This document shows positions 13,599-22,199 of a stretch of 64,000 nucleotides of DNA, one piece after another. Every line of letters begins with the position of its first letter. The stretch's first letter is position 1. Origin of the DNA: Candidatus Rokuibacteriota bacterium (GTDB taxonomy: Bacteria > Methylomirabilota > Methylomirabilia > Rokubacteriales > CSP1-6). The stretch spans positions 11,135 to 75,134 of the forward strand of contig JACPSW010000086.1 in assembly GCA_016193045.1 (NCBI GenBank), written 5' to 3'. A program made the translations under genes and the position numbers. The notes beneath the pieces are model-generated. The model did no database searches and had not been told where the DNA came from. It saw nothing but the letters and a program-made list of their open reading frames with translations.

Positions 13599-13949
13599 AT
13601 GGCGTGCCCGGTCCTCTACAACCGGGAGAGCTGACCCACCTGCCAGAAGGCGAGAGAGTTTCTCTCGCTGCGGGGTGTCGCCTACGACAGCCACCTTGTG
13701 GAAACGCGGCCCGTGACGCGCGAGGAGACCGTGGACCTCGCGCGGAAGGCGCGGCGTTTCCTGATCAAGCTCGGGCAGGATACGCTCAGGTTCGACGCGG
13801 CGACCAATCCCATCACCGAGGCGGAGGTCCACGCCTATCTCGTGCACGACGACGGCTTCCTCCGCGTGCCCGTGCTGGTGATGGGGGATCTCCTCGTTCG
13901 AGGCTACACCGAGGAGCTGTACCGGGAGGCCTTAGGAGGCAAGCCATGA
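13599..13949 (+). CDS. ArsC/Spx/glutaredoxin-like thioredoxin-fold selenoprotein (UxxC)
   Basis: ATG 13599 reads MACPVLYNRES-TGA(13632)-PTCQKAREFL..., in frame with track ORF 13698-13949; C-terminal LRVPVLV..RGY; SECIS-like hairpin downstream. Confidence 0.85.
13650..13668 (+). promoter_or_regulatory. Putative bacterial SECIS element
   Basis: GCGAGAGA-GTT-TCTCTCGC perfect 8-bp stem; loop starts with G, about 24 nt 3' of the in-frame TGA. Confidence 0.7.
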
Positions 13950-14287
13950 TCGTCAAGGAAACTGCGCGGAGCGTGTACCTGGACGTCTCCGGGATCGCCT
14001 GGGAGCCCGGTGAGCACCCGGGCGTCGAGACGAAGACTCTCTACCGGGAGCCCTCGGGCCGGCAGACGGTGCTGGTCCGCATGGCCCCCGCGGCCCGGCT
14101 GCCCGAGCATCGCCATCGAGGGGTGGAGCAGAGCTTCGTCCTGGAGGGAACGCTCGTGGACGACGAGGGGGCCTGCACGGCAGGCAACTTCGTCTGGCGC
14201 CGCCCCGGGTCGGTGCACAGTGCCTGGAGCCCCGACGGCTGCCTCATCCTCGCGGTGTTCGAAGCTCCCAACGAGTTCCTCGCTTAG
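13946..14287 (+). CDS. ChrR-like cupin domain protein
   Basis: AGGAGG RBS, ATGA overlap with the upstream gene; LPEHRHRGVEQSFVLEG...RPGSVHSAWSPDGC. Confidence 0.85.
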   Translation: MIVKETARSVYLDVSGIAWEPGEHPGVETKTLYREPSGRQTVLVRMAPAARLPEHRHRGVEQSFVLEGTLVDDEGACTAGNFVWRRPGSVHSAWSPDGCLILAVFEAPNEFLA

Positions 14288-14943
14288 AGGCGGGCGGGGA
14301 TCTGGTCGAGGCGCTCGACGGTGAGGTCCGGAGCGAAGCCCAACTCCTCCATCGGCGCCTTCTGGCGGTTGCACCAGCAGACGCGATAGCCGAAGGCCTT
14401 GGCCCCCGCCACGTCCCACGCGTTCGAAGACACGAAGAGCAGGTCCCCCGCGGCCAGCCCCATCGCCTTCGGCCCGAGGGCGTAGACGGCGGGCGACGGC
14501 TTGTAGGTCTTCACGGCGTCCACGGAGAGAATGTGCTCTAGGTACGGGCCCAGGCCGCTCGAGCGCACGGCCGCCTGCAGCATCCTCGGCGAGCCGTTGG
14601 AAAGAATCGCGAGGGGGGAGCCCTTGAGGCGCTCCAGCGCCGTCCTCACCTCGGGGAAGGCGGCGAGGGACAGATAGGCCTCCATGAGGCGCTGGAGCTG
14701 GGCCTCGCTGGCCGCGAGACCGAGCCGGCGGATGGCGAAGCGCAGGGCAGCCTCCGTCACCTGCCAGAAGTCCTCGTACCGTCCCATGAGCGCGCGCAGC
14801 CAGGTGTACTCCAGCTGCTTCTGGCGCCACGTGAGGGAGAGGGCCTGGGGATCCTGCGTGATCTCGCGGCCGGCCTCGATCACCGAATGGACGTCGAAGA
14901 GGGTGCCGTACGCGTCGAAGACGAACCCCCGGGGGAGAGCCAT
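14284..14943 (-). CDS. Haloacid dehalogenase type II (HAD)
   Basis: FDAYGTLFD, WRQKQLEY, LSNG, YKP, FVSSNAWDVAGA. Confidence 0.92.
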   Translation of the reverse strand: MALPRGFVFDAYGTLFDVHSVIEAGREITQDPQALSLTWRQKQLEYTWLRALMGRYEDFWQVTEAALRFAIRRLGLAASEAQLQRLMEAYLSLAAFPEVRTALERLKGSPLAILSNGSPRMLQAAVRSSGLGPYLEHILSVDAVKTYKPSPAVYALGPKAMGLAAGDLLFVSSNAWDVAGAKAFGYRVCWCNRQKAPMEELGFAPDLTVERLDQIPARL

Positions 14944-14947
14944 GCCG

Positions 14948-15817
14948 TCAGAACCGGGTCCCCCGCTTCCGGGGCGGCAGCGCCGGGCGGTGGTTCTCGG
15001 CCGGAGGCTCGAGCCCCGACAGCACGAGGCCGTAGCGGATCAGCCGCTGGGCGTCCAGGAACGACAGCCCGCGGCTGGGCGCGCCGAGGACGATACCGAC
15101 GAAGCGCTGGCCGTCGAGCCACGCGGCCACGGCCAGGTTGTATCCCGACTCGTTGGTGAATCCGGTCTTGAACGCCTGGACGCCGCCGGTCTCGATGAAC
15201 GGCGGCACGCGCCGGCTGTACACGCGGCCCCGGTAGATGAAGGTCTTGCCCCCGAGGATCGTGCGCACCCCCGGAAAGTCGTGGAGCAGGTGATCGGTCA
15301 CGGCCGCGAGATCGCGGGCCGTGCTGCGCTGGGCGGGATCCGGCAGGCCGTGGGGGTTCGCGTAGCGGGTCGCGGTGAGGCCCAGTTCCTGAGCTTTGGC
15401 GTTCATCCGCGCCACGAAGCTCTCCTCGTCACCCGCCAGGTGCTCGGCGACGGCCGTCGCGGCGTCGTTGGCCGACGCGATGGCGACGCCTTCCAGGAGC
15501 ACCCCGAACGGCACGACCTCCCCGGGCCGGAGTCCCATCCGGTAGCGCGGGGTCCGGGATGCCTTGAGGCTCACGGTGATGGGGTCCTCCCAGTCCACCC
15601 GTCCGGCTTCCAGATCCTCGTAGGCGAGGTAGAGGGTCATGAGCTTCACGAGGCTGGCCGGCGCGTGCTCCTCCTCCGCATTCTTGGCGAAGAGCACGTT
15701 CCCCTGGGGATCGATGAGGAGCACCGCTTCGGCGGCCAGGGCCAGCGCCTTGCCGTTCTGGGCCTGCGCCGGCAGGGGCGCGAGCGACAGAACGAGGGTG
15801 AGGAGCGCGGGGATCAG
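14948..15817 (-). CDS. D-alanyl-D-alanine carboxypeptidase (peptidase S11); start codon uncertain
   Basis: PASLVKLM (SxxK), SANDAA (SxN), NPHGL, KTGFT; signal peptide LIPALLTLVLSLAPLPAQA. Confidence 0.85.
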   Translation of the reverse strand: MIPALLTLVLSLAPLPAQAQNGKALALAAEAVLLIDPQGNVLFAKNAEEEHAPASLVKLMTLYLAYEDLEAGRVDWEDPITVSLKASRTPRYRMGLRPGEVVPFGVLLEGVAIASANDAATAVAEHLAGDEESFVARMNAKAQELGLTATRYANPHGLPDPAQRSTARDLAAVTDHLLHDFPGVRTILGGKTFIYRGRVYSRRVPPFIETGGVQAFKTGFTNESGYNLAVAAWLDGQRFVGIVLGAPSRGLSFLDAQRLIRYGLVLSGLEPPAENHRPALPPRKRGTRF

Positions 15818-16059
15818 ACGGCGGGACCGGCGGGAGCCAGCCGGATCTCGATGGGGATCGGGAGGTCGTGATGTCTCAGGTACAGATTGAGCCGGGCCTT
15901 GCCCGGGTCGTCCAGCGCCCGCGGCTCGGCCAGCTCCCAGCGGAGCCAGCCTTCCCGGCAGCCCACCCAGGTGCCCGCCACCAGGTCTGCCAGCGGGCAG
16001 CGCGATTCGAGGCAGGCTCCGTCGCTGAGCCGGCACACCGCATAACGGGGAGTCGCCAC
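15814..16059 (-). CDS. Small hypothetical protein (81 aa, 4 Cys)
   Basis: Strong GAGGAGGGAG RBS before GTG; stop abuts the start of the S11 peptidase signal peptide. Confidence 0.55.
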   Translation of the reverse strand: MATPRYAVCRLSDGACLESRCPLADLVAGTWVGCREGWLRWELAEPRALDDPGKARLNLYLRHHDLPIPIEIRLAPAGPAV

Positions 16060-16185
16060 GCTCCCTCCTCGGGTGTTGGGTGAGGCGCACTGACTGACAT
16101 TCTAATGATCGGCGGCGCGGGGGTGTCAACAAAAAAGCGCGCGCAGTTGGTGCGTCGGGGCGGGAGTGGTATTCTGGGGGGCACC

Positions 16186-17082
16186 ATGAAGCCGCGGTGG
16201 GGCGTTGCCCTCGCGCTCGCGCTGCTCGTCGCGTGCCCGGCGGCGGCCGAGCTGCCGCCCTCCGACGAGGAGGCGGCGAGGGCCGCCCCCACCGACGCCG
16301 CGGCGACGCCCGCGCCCCCGCCCCCCGCGGGAGAGATCGCGCTGGTTCCGGGCGGGCGCCTGATCCCGTGGGAGCGTCTGGACGACGAATCCTTCGCGCT
16401 GGCGCGGGACGTGGTGAGCGAGGCCCTCGTCTTCCGGCAGGTGGACGGGATCGCCTTCCGCAGCCGCAAGGAGGTCTACGACTACTTGGTCCAGCACATG
16501 GACTTTGCTGCCGATGTCGCCCGGATGCTCCGGGTCGGCAAGTACCGGATGCACCGCACCCCGACGGGCTTCGAGGCCGACGACGGCCACGGGGCCCACG
16601 GATTCCTGAGGCCGCTCTACGACGACGGGGACCGCCGGGTCTTCTACCTTCAGGGGCGCTACGATCCCCCGGTCCTGCCCTCCATCGCCGGGCGCCTCGT
16701 GCTCGTGCTCGACACGAGCCACACCTTGGCGCCGGACGGCGAGAATTACGCGGAGATGCGGGTCGCCGGCTACCTGCGCCTGGACAGCGTCCTGGCCGAG
16801 GTGATCGCCGCGGTGGCCCGGAGCTTCACGGAGGAGATGGTCCAGAAGAAGGTCAAGCGTTTCTTCCGCGACGTGGCGCGCGTGAGCCGCCGCGCCTACG
16901 ACGACCCGGAGGGGCTGATCGAAGAGCTGGCGCGTCACCCCCAATTCGAGGCCGAGCGGGTGGCCGAATTCCGCCAGGTTCTTTTCGCCCACCGCCCGCC
17001 GCCGTGGGCCGAGGCCGTTCCCTTCCGCCTCACGCTTGAGGCCCTGACCCTCGATCCGGGAGACCTGTCCGAAATCGACTGA
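16186..17082 (+). CDS. Secreted hypothetical protein
   Basis: Signal peptide MKPRWGVALALALLVACPAAA; genome-typical codon usage; TGG-TATTCT upstream. Confidence 0.7.
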   Translation: MKPRWGVALALALLVACPAAAELPPSDEEAARAAPTDAAATPAPPPPAGEIALVPGGRLIPWERLDDESFALARDVVSEALVFRQVDGIAFRSRKEVYDYLVQHMDFAADVARMLRVGKYRMHRTPTGFEADDGHGAHGFLRPLYDDGDRRVFYLQGRYDPPVLPSIAGRLVLVLDTSHTLAPDGENYAEMRVAGYLRLDSVLAEVIAAVARSFTEEMVQKKVKRFFRDVARVSRRAYDDPEGLIEELARHPQFEAERVAEFRQVLFAHRPPPWAEAVPFRLTLEALTLDPGDLSEID

Positions 17083-17090
17083 GGCGCCGG

Positions 17091-17282
17091 ATGGAGTGGG
17101 TGTGGGGGAGCCTGGTCGTTCTCGCGCTTGCCCTGGCCGGCCTGGGGGGGTGGCGCGTTGCGCGGCAGGCGCTCCAGTTCTGCCCGCACTGCGGCTGGAT
17201 CGTCCGCCGGGTCCGTACCGGCTGGCTCCGCTGCCCCCGCTGCCACCGCCAGTACAGCCGGCACGCCAAGATCCATCCGTGA
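17091..17282 (+). CDS. Small membrane-anchored zinc-ribbon protein
   Basis: N-terminal TM helix, then CPHC...CPRC; GTGA overlap with the next gene. Confidence 0.6.
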   Translation: MEWVWGSLVVLALALAGLGGWRVARQALQFCPHCGWIVRRVRTGWLRCPRCHRQYSRHAKIHP

Positions 17283-17518
17283 AGAAGGTCCTGCTCTACA
17301 CGATGGAAGGCAACGCCGACGGCGAAGCCGCGCTCGCCTTCTTTCAGGCGCGGGGCACGCGCGTGGACGTGCGCGACGTGGGACGGGACGGCGGAGCGAC
17401 GCTGGAGTGCTTCGACCTGGCGGGGCGGCTCGTCGTGCCCACCGTGGTCATCGACGGCCGCGTGTTTTTCGGGTTCGGGGCGAACCGGGAGGAGATCGAG
17501 CCGTTACTACATACCTAG
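17279..17518 (+). CDS. Glutaredoxin/NrdH-like protein lacking CxxC
   Basis: KKVLLYTMEGNADG..A..FF..RG...DV...VPTVVIDGRVFFGF matches the NrdH-redoxin pattern with the active-site Cys absent. Confidence 0.65.
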   Translation: MKKVLLYTMEGNADGEAALAFFQARGTRVDVRDVGRDGGATLECFDLAGRLVVPTVVIDGRVFFGFGANREEIEPLLHT

Positions 17519-18010
17519 CGCGGCGCGCGCTTCGTCCATCACCGCTTCGGTAATAGTGCGGTACCCTTTGCCCTCGGCGTAGCGCTCGATCGCCTTCCGG
17601 GCCATCGGGCGGATGAAGGACGGGATCCGCTCGACCCGCGCCTCCGCCTCCCGGCTCCACGCCATGCCGCTCTGGCCCTGGGCCTCCTGCTCGGTAATCA
17701 TCCCCGCGAACGGACAGCCGGGCCCGGTGGAGCCGCCCTCGGGCCGGGACCCCGGGGCCTCCTCGAAGGCTTCGGGGCGCTGGTGCGCGAGAGAGGAGCG
17801 GAGATGCTCGAAGGGCGCGACCGGCTCCGTCCGGCCGCCGACCTTGACGCCCAGGCTCCGGATCAGCTGGGTCTCGGCGGGATTGGTCAGCATCGCCACG
17901 CGGCGGCTGCAGCGCGGGCACGCGAAGGTCACGGCGAGGGAGCCCTCGTCGGGACCCTGGCTCGCCTGGAGCCGCATCGGCTCGTCGCACTCCACGCAGA
18001 GGAATTTCAA
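17507..18010 (-). CDS. Zn-finger + PCP_red (protochlorophyllide reductase C-terminal-like) domain protein
   Basis: N-terminal CVEC...CPRC, GCPF, C-terminal WSREAEARVERIPSFIRPMARKAIERYA; TTG start. Confidence 0.75.
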   Translation of the reverse strand: MKFLCVECDEPMRLQASQGPDEGSLAVTFACPRCSRRVAMLTNPAETQLIRSLGVKVGGRTEPVAPFEHLRSSLAHQRPEAFEEAPGSRPEGGSTGPGCPFAGMITEQEAQGQSGMAWSREAEARVERIPSFIRPMARKAIERYAEGKGYRTITEAVMDEARAALGM

Positions 18011-18046
18011 TTGTTCACCTGGGGCGGGCCCCCGGGCCGGGGTCCT

Positions 18047-18412
18047 TCATTTCCGGGCGCGCTCCTCCGCCTCCACGAGAAGCGCGGCGAGCCGCTTGAC
18101 GATCTCCACGGCCAGCTTGGGGTTGGTCCGGATGAAGTGCTCGAGGCGGTCGCCCGGGATCACGCAGAGGGCGACATCCGTCTCGGCCATCGCCGTCGCG
18201 GTGCGCGGACCGGCGCGAAAGAGCGAGACTTCTCCCAGCAGCTCCCCCTCGCCGAAGACCCGGAGGGTCCGCTCCTCGCCGCCGACGATCTTCCGGATGG
18301 CCACCTTTCCTGACTGGATCAGGAACGCCTCATTGTGGGCGTCGTCGCCCTCCTTGAAGATCACCTGCCCGGCGGTGAAGCGTCGGACCTGGACCTGGCT
18401 CAGCGCGCTCAT
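18047..18412 (-). CDS. Stand-alone cyclic nucleotide-binding domain protein
   Basis: GQVIFKEGD, LIQSGKV, GELLGEVSL...PRTATA. Confidence 0.88.
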   Translation of the reverse strand: MSALSQVQVRRFTAGQVIFKEGDDAHNEAFLIQSGKVAIRKIVGGEERTLRVFGEGELLGEVSLFRAGPRTATAMAETDVALCVIPGDRLEHFIRTNPKLAVEIVKRLAALLVEAEERARK

Positions 18413-18415
18413 ACC

Positions 18416-18490
18416 TCGGAGGGGGGCTCCGCCCCCCGTCCGATACCTCCCCCCAGACTCGGCTGCGCCGGCAAAGCCGGCGCTCGAACG
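18416..18490. repeat. Intergenic two-hairpin REP-like element
   Basis: GGGGGGC-TCC-GCCCCCC and GCGCCGGC-AAA-GCCGGCGC hairpins in tandem; single copy in the window. Confidence 0.45.
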
Positions 18491-18662
18491 GGCGTGCGAC
18501 AGTTTAGCGGCGCTGGGTGTTTCATCCTGTCACCTCGCGGGCTTCATCATACTGACGGGGGCGGGGAAGGGCAAGCCGCCTGACCGGCCTACGGCAATGG
18601 ATAGCGGCGGGGAGCCCGCCGCTTGCGGTGGATCGGGCGAGTGCTGTAAAGTGAAAAGCCGC

Positions 18663-18737
18663 GCCGGTGTAGCTCAGTGGCAGAGCAGCTGATTCGTAAT
18701 CAGCAGGTCGTGGGTTCGAGTCCCACCGCCGGCTCCA
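18663..18737 (+). tRNA. tRNA-Thr (anticodon CGT)
   Basis: Acceptor GCCGGTG/CGCCGGC, D-arm AGCTCAGTGGCAGAGC, anticodon arm GCTGA-TTCGTAA-TCAGC, GGTTCGAGTCC T-arm, encoded CCA. Confidence 0.97.
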
Positions 18738-18814
18738 GCCCCATCAGGACCGTTCGTCGCGCCTTCTGCCGAAATTGTCCGAGGTCGGGACCTGCGCGAG
18801 AAGAGCCGTAGCGC

Positions 18815-19570
18815 TCAGGCGATCTTGATAATGCCCGGCTCGACCCGCTCGAACCGGTCGGCCACCTCCGGGTCGTGGCCCGCGACGATCAGCCGCTCGG
18901 CCCCGGCCAGGGCGTGGATCGTCTCGAAGGCCGCGAGCATCTCGGGCAGGCTGGTCATGATCTGCACGGGCTGGCGCGTCTCCACGTTGCGGTAGAAGTG
19001 GGAGGCGTCGGAGGTGAGCACGACCGTGCCGCGGCCGGTCTCGGCGGTGACGATCTGGAGCCCCGCGGTGTGGCCGCCGACGCGGTGCACGCGGAGTCCC
19101 GGGAGCACCTCGCGGTCGCCCTCGATGATCCTGACGCGGTTCGCGTAGGTCAGGGTCACGAGCCGCGCGAGCGCGTCGGGGTCGGCGGACTGCCGGAAGG
19201 CCTCATAGCGGCCGAAGGGCCCCGTCCAGAACGCGACTTCGTCCCGCTGGATCCAGTACTCCGCCTCGGGGAACAGGCTGTGCCCGGCCCAGTGGTCGTA
19301 GTGGAGGTGAGTGATGAGCGCGATGGGCACGTCGCCCGGCTTGATGCCCGCACGCTCGACCATCGCCGCCGGGCTCACGTAGTTCCGAATGCCGCGCGCC
19401 CGCGCCTCGTCGTCGAGGAAGCCGGTGTCCACGAGGATCGGGTGGGGGCCGCCGAGGATCAGCCAGACGTAGTAGTGGAGCGTGAGCGGCGCGTGCGATG
19501 CCTCGCGATAGAAGAACTGGCAAGCCGTCATGTCCCGCTCTGCGTACTTCAGCGCGTAGACTTGGTACAT
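18815..19570 (-). CDS. Metallo-beta-lactamase-fold hydrolase, N-acyl-homoserine lactonase family
   Basis: VDTG, THLHYDHW (HxHxDH), GGHTAG, SDA, GHD. Confidence 0.88.
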   Translation of the reverse strand: MYQVYALKYAERDMTACQFFYREASHAPLTLHYYVWLILGGPHPILVDTGFLDDEARARGIRNYVSPAAMVERAGIKPGDVPIALITHLHYDHWAGHSLFPEAEYWIQRDEVAFWTGPFGRYEAFRQSADPDALARLVTLTYANRVRIIEGDREVLPGLRVHRVGGHTAGLQIVTAETGRGTVVLTSDASHFYRNVETRQPVQIMTSLPEMLAAFETIHALAGAERLIVAGHDPEVADRFERVEPGIIKIA

Positions 19571-19700
19571 GATTCACCTCGCTGGCGCTGGAGTCTACGC
19601 CGCGGGGGGGAAGGATTCAAGCGGGTCCGGCGAGTCGATCTGCCATCGCCCGTTGACGCTGGGCGCTCTTCTCCGTCTTTCTTTTCCCGGTCTTGCCGGT

Positions 19701-19716
19701 TGGCACACTGCTTGCT
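19701..19716 (+). promoter_or_regulatory. Sigma54 (-24/-12) promoter
   Basis: TGGCAC-ACTGC-TTGCT, exact consensus and spacing, upstream of the TPR gene. Confidence 0.75.
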
Positions 19717-19773
19717 CAGGTCTATCCGTAGCTTCAATTTGTGAAAGAAATCGGACACAGGGAAGGGCGGGGG

Positions 19774-21984
19774 ATGAAGAGCCAGATAACCGCAGGCACG
19801 GGGATCCAGGGTCGTGCTCGCTCGGGACCGAGCGGGCTGCCTGTGAAGGTCGCGCTGGAGGGGGAACGGCGGGCCGAGTTGCAGGGGGAGGTCGTGGCCT
19901 TCGACCGCTTCTGGATGAGAGTGAAGCTCGGGGCGAGCAAAGCTACCGCGCGCGAGGGGTCGAACGTCGTCCTCGAGCTCGCGAACCTCGACGGCAAGCC
20001 TGCGATCCAGGCGAACGGAATCGTATGGCGAGCGCCCGGCGATGGTCTCATCACGGTTTTGCTCAGCTTGAGCAGCCAGGAGTACGGTCGCCTCAAAGCC
20101 CTCGTGAGCGCTTCCGCGGATTCGAGATCGGCCCTGTCGCCGTGGATGCTCGGCCTGGTGAGCTCGCCTCCGCAGGCCGAGGCACCCACAAGCGTGAGGC
20201 GCCCGGCGCCTGAGCCGGAGAGCCCGGCGCGTGCCGCCGAGCCGAGGGCGAAGTCCCCCGGTCGAGGGCCGGGGTCGGAGAAGGAGATGCGTCGCCCGGT
20301 GGCGCCGAGGCGTGCCAGGCGTGTGAGCCCGGCCGAGGAGGCGGCGATCCTGATGGCCCGGGGGGACCATGAGGGAGCGGCGCGACTCTACTCGGAGGCG
20401 GTCCGGGAGTCCCCGGAGGATGTCTCGCTCTGGTATGCGCTCGGAGCCGCGCTCCATCGCCTCAGGCGGTGGAGAGAGGCGGCGGAGGCCTTCGAGTACG
20501 TGATCGGCCACGGCCGACCTGACTCCCGGGATGTGCGGCTCGCGCGGCTCTGGCTCGAGCGCGGGAGGATCGCCAGGGAGCCGGCCCCGGAGGGTCCAGC
20601 CCAAGCGCGGGCCGCCGGGGTCGAGCCGGGTCCCGAGCCGTCGGAGGCGGAGGGGCAGGACGCACCGGAGGAGCCGGACCCAGAGCCCTCGGAGCCGAGC
20701 CTCGTCCAGCAGGCGGCGATGCTGGAAGCTCGGGGCGAATACAGGGAGGCGGCCAAGCTTTACTACCAGGGGCTCCAGGCATCGCCGCAGGATGCGTCTC
20801 TCTGGTATGCCCTGGGAACGACCCTGCATCGCATGGACCGGTCCAAGGCGGCGGCGGGGGCCTTCGAGAAGGCGGTCGAGCATGGACAGCCCGATTCGCG
20901 GGAGGTCGAGCTCGCTCGGCTGTGGCTCGAGGGACGAGACGCCCCGGCGGAGAGCACGGCGCCCGACGTGGGCGCTGAACCGGAGCAGCAGGACCACGCG
21001 GGCGCGCCGAGCGCATCGGCGGAGCCCGACGCCGAGCCGTCCGTCGCGAGCGCGGTCCCGGAGCCCCCCGCTCCATCCAGCTCGGCGCGGCAGGCGGCGC
21101 TTCGAGCGGCCCAGGGGGACTACGAGGGCGCCGCGCAGCTCTACTACCGAGCCTTCGAGCAGGCCCTCGGGGCGGCGCCGGATGATGTGCTGCTCTGGTA
21201 CGCCCTCGGCGTGACCCTGCAACACCTCAGCCAGGGGAAGGCCGCCGCCCGGGCCTTCGAAAGGGTCGTACAGCACGGCCGGCCCGGCTCGCGGGAGGTG
21301 CGGCTCGCTCGGCTCTGGCTGGAGATCGGTGACGCTGCCGTCGGACCGGTCGGGGTGGCGACGCCCGCGGCAGAGGCGGCCGCGCTCCCTGCGGAAGGCG
21401 CGGGCGCGAGCACGCCCATCCACACGGAGATACCGGCCGCGCCGCCCGAGCTACCAGCGCCGCCTTCGGGGCGCGGCGCTACCGCACGGAGGCGGCCGTC
21501 GGCGACTCCCGTCGTGCCGCTTGATGATCCGTGGGAGCTCGGTCGCGCCTTTGATCGGGACATGCCGGTGCCGAAGGTGGTCGAGAGGGAGGAGCCGGCG
21601 GATTCCGACGCGGCCGACCTCGAGCCCTCGAGCCCTTCCTCCGACGGACCACGCACGAGACGGGACGTGCATCGGCCGTCGCGCTCAGGGCGCACCAAGC
21701 AACCGGGGCCGAATCCGGCCGAGGAGGCGGCGATCCTGGCGGGCCGGGGGGACTATGAGGAGGCGGCGCGACTCTACTCCGAGGCGCTCCAGGCAGCGCC
21801 GGGGGACGTCTCGCTCTGGTACGCGCTGGGAGTGACCCTGCGTCACCTCAGGCGGTTGGCGGAAGCGGGGGAAGCCTTCGAGTACGTGGTGCGCCATGGC
21901 CGACCCGGTTCCCAGGAGGCGCGGCTCGCGCGCCTCTGGCTGGAGCGCGGGGGCACCGGAGAGGAGCCGGGCGCGCGCCCTTAG
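19774..21984 (+). CDS. PilZ-like N-terminal domain + four dispersed TPR modules
   Basis: Four copies of AAxLxARGDYExAARLYxxA...SLWYALG..L...AFE.V..HGRPxSREVRLARLWLE separated by Pro/Glu-rich linkers; start may be 19741 or 19774. Confidence 0.75.
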   Translation: MKSQITAGTGIQGRARSGPSGLPVKVALEGERRAELQGEVVAFDRFWMRVKLGASKATAREGSNVVLELANLDGKPAIQANGIVWRAPGDGLITVLLSLSSQEYGRLKALVSASADSRSALSPWMLGLVSSPPQAEAPTSVRRPAPEPESPARAAEPRAKSPGRGPGSEKEMRRPVAPRRARRVSPAEEAAILMARGDHEGAARLYSEAVRESPEDVSLWYALGAALHRLRRWREAAEAFEYVIGHGRPDSRDVRLARLWLERGRIAREPAPEGPAQARAAGVEPGPEPSEAEGQDAPEEPDPEPSEPSLVQQAAMLEARGEYREAAKLYYQGLQASPQDASLWYALGTTLHRMDRSKAAAGAFEKAVEHGQPDSREVELARLWLEGRDAPAESTAPDVGAEPEQQDHAGAPSASAEPDAEPSVASAVPEPPAPSSSARQAALRAAQGDYEGAAQLYYRAFEQALGAAPDDVLLWYALGVTLQHLSQGKAAARAFERVVQHGRPGSREVRLARLWLEIGDAAVGPVGVATPAAEAAALPAEGAGASTPIHTEIPAAPPELPAPPSGRGATARRRPSATPVVPLDDPWELGRAFDRDMPVPKVVEREEPADSDAADLEPSSPSSDGPRTRRDVHRPSRSGRTKQPGPNPAEEAAILAGRGDYEEAARLYSEALQAAPGDVSLWYALGVTLRHLRRLAEAGEAFEYVVRHGRPGSQEARLARLWLERGGTGEEPGARP

Positions 21985-22199
21985 CGCGCATTATTCGCGA
22001 ACGGCGATGGCGCGACCGGGCGGGTGGCGCAGGGTGCAACCCCCACGGGGCCGCGCGCAGTGGGCCCCCCTCGTCCCGTCCGCCGCGCGCAGCGGGGCGT
22101 TCGGGCGAGTGGGTGACGGAGCCGGACCCGTGGGGGTTGCACCCTGCGACAGGCCCCGCCCGCTACACTCGACCATGCTTCGTGAATAATGCAGGTTAG
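21981..22199. mobile_element. 219-bp MITE-like element, copy 1
   Basis: Near-identical to 30862-31080; imperfect TIRs TAGCGCGCATTATTCGCGA / TCGTGAATAATGCAGGTTA; TTAG at both ends; no transposase. Confidence 0.8.

Noticed and set aside
13599..13697. Interpreting the in-frame TGAs (13632 and 27287) as pseudogene nonsense mutations
   Set aside because: Both fall exactly on conserved Cys positions, are followed by hairpins, and the reading frames are otherwise intact
17279..17518. Third selenoprotein in the glutaredoxin-like gene
   Set aside because: No in-frame TGA; the active-site positions are ordinary codons
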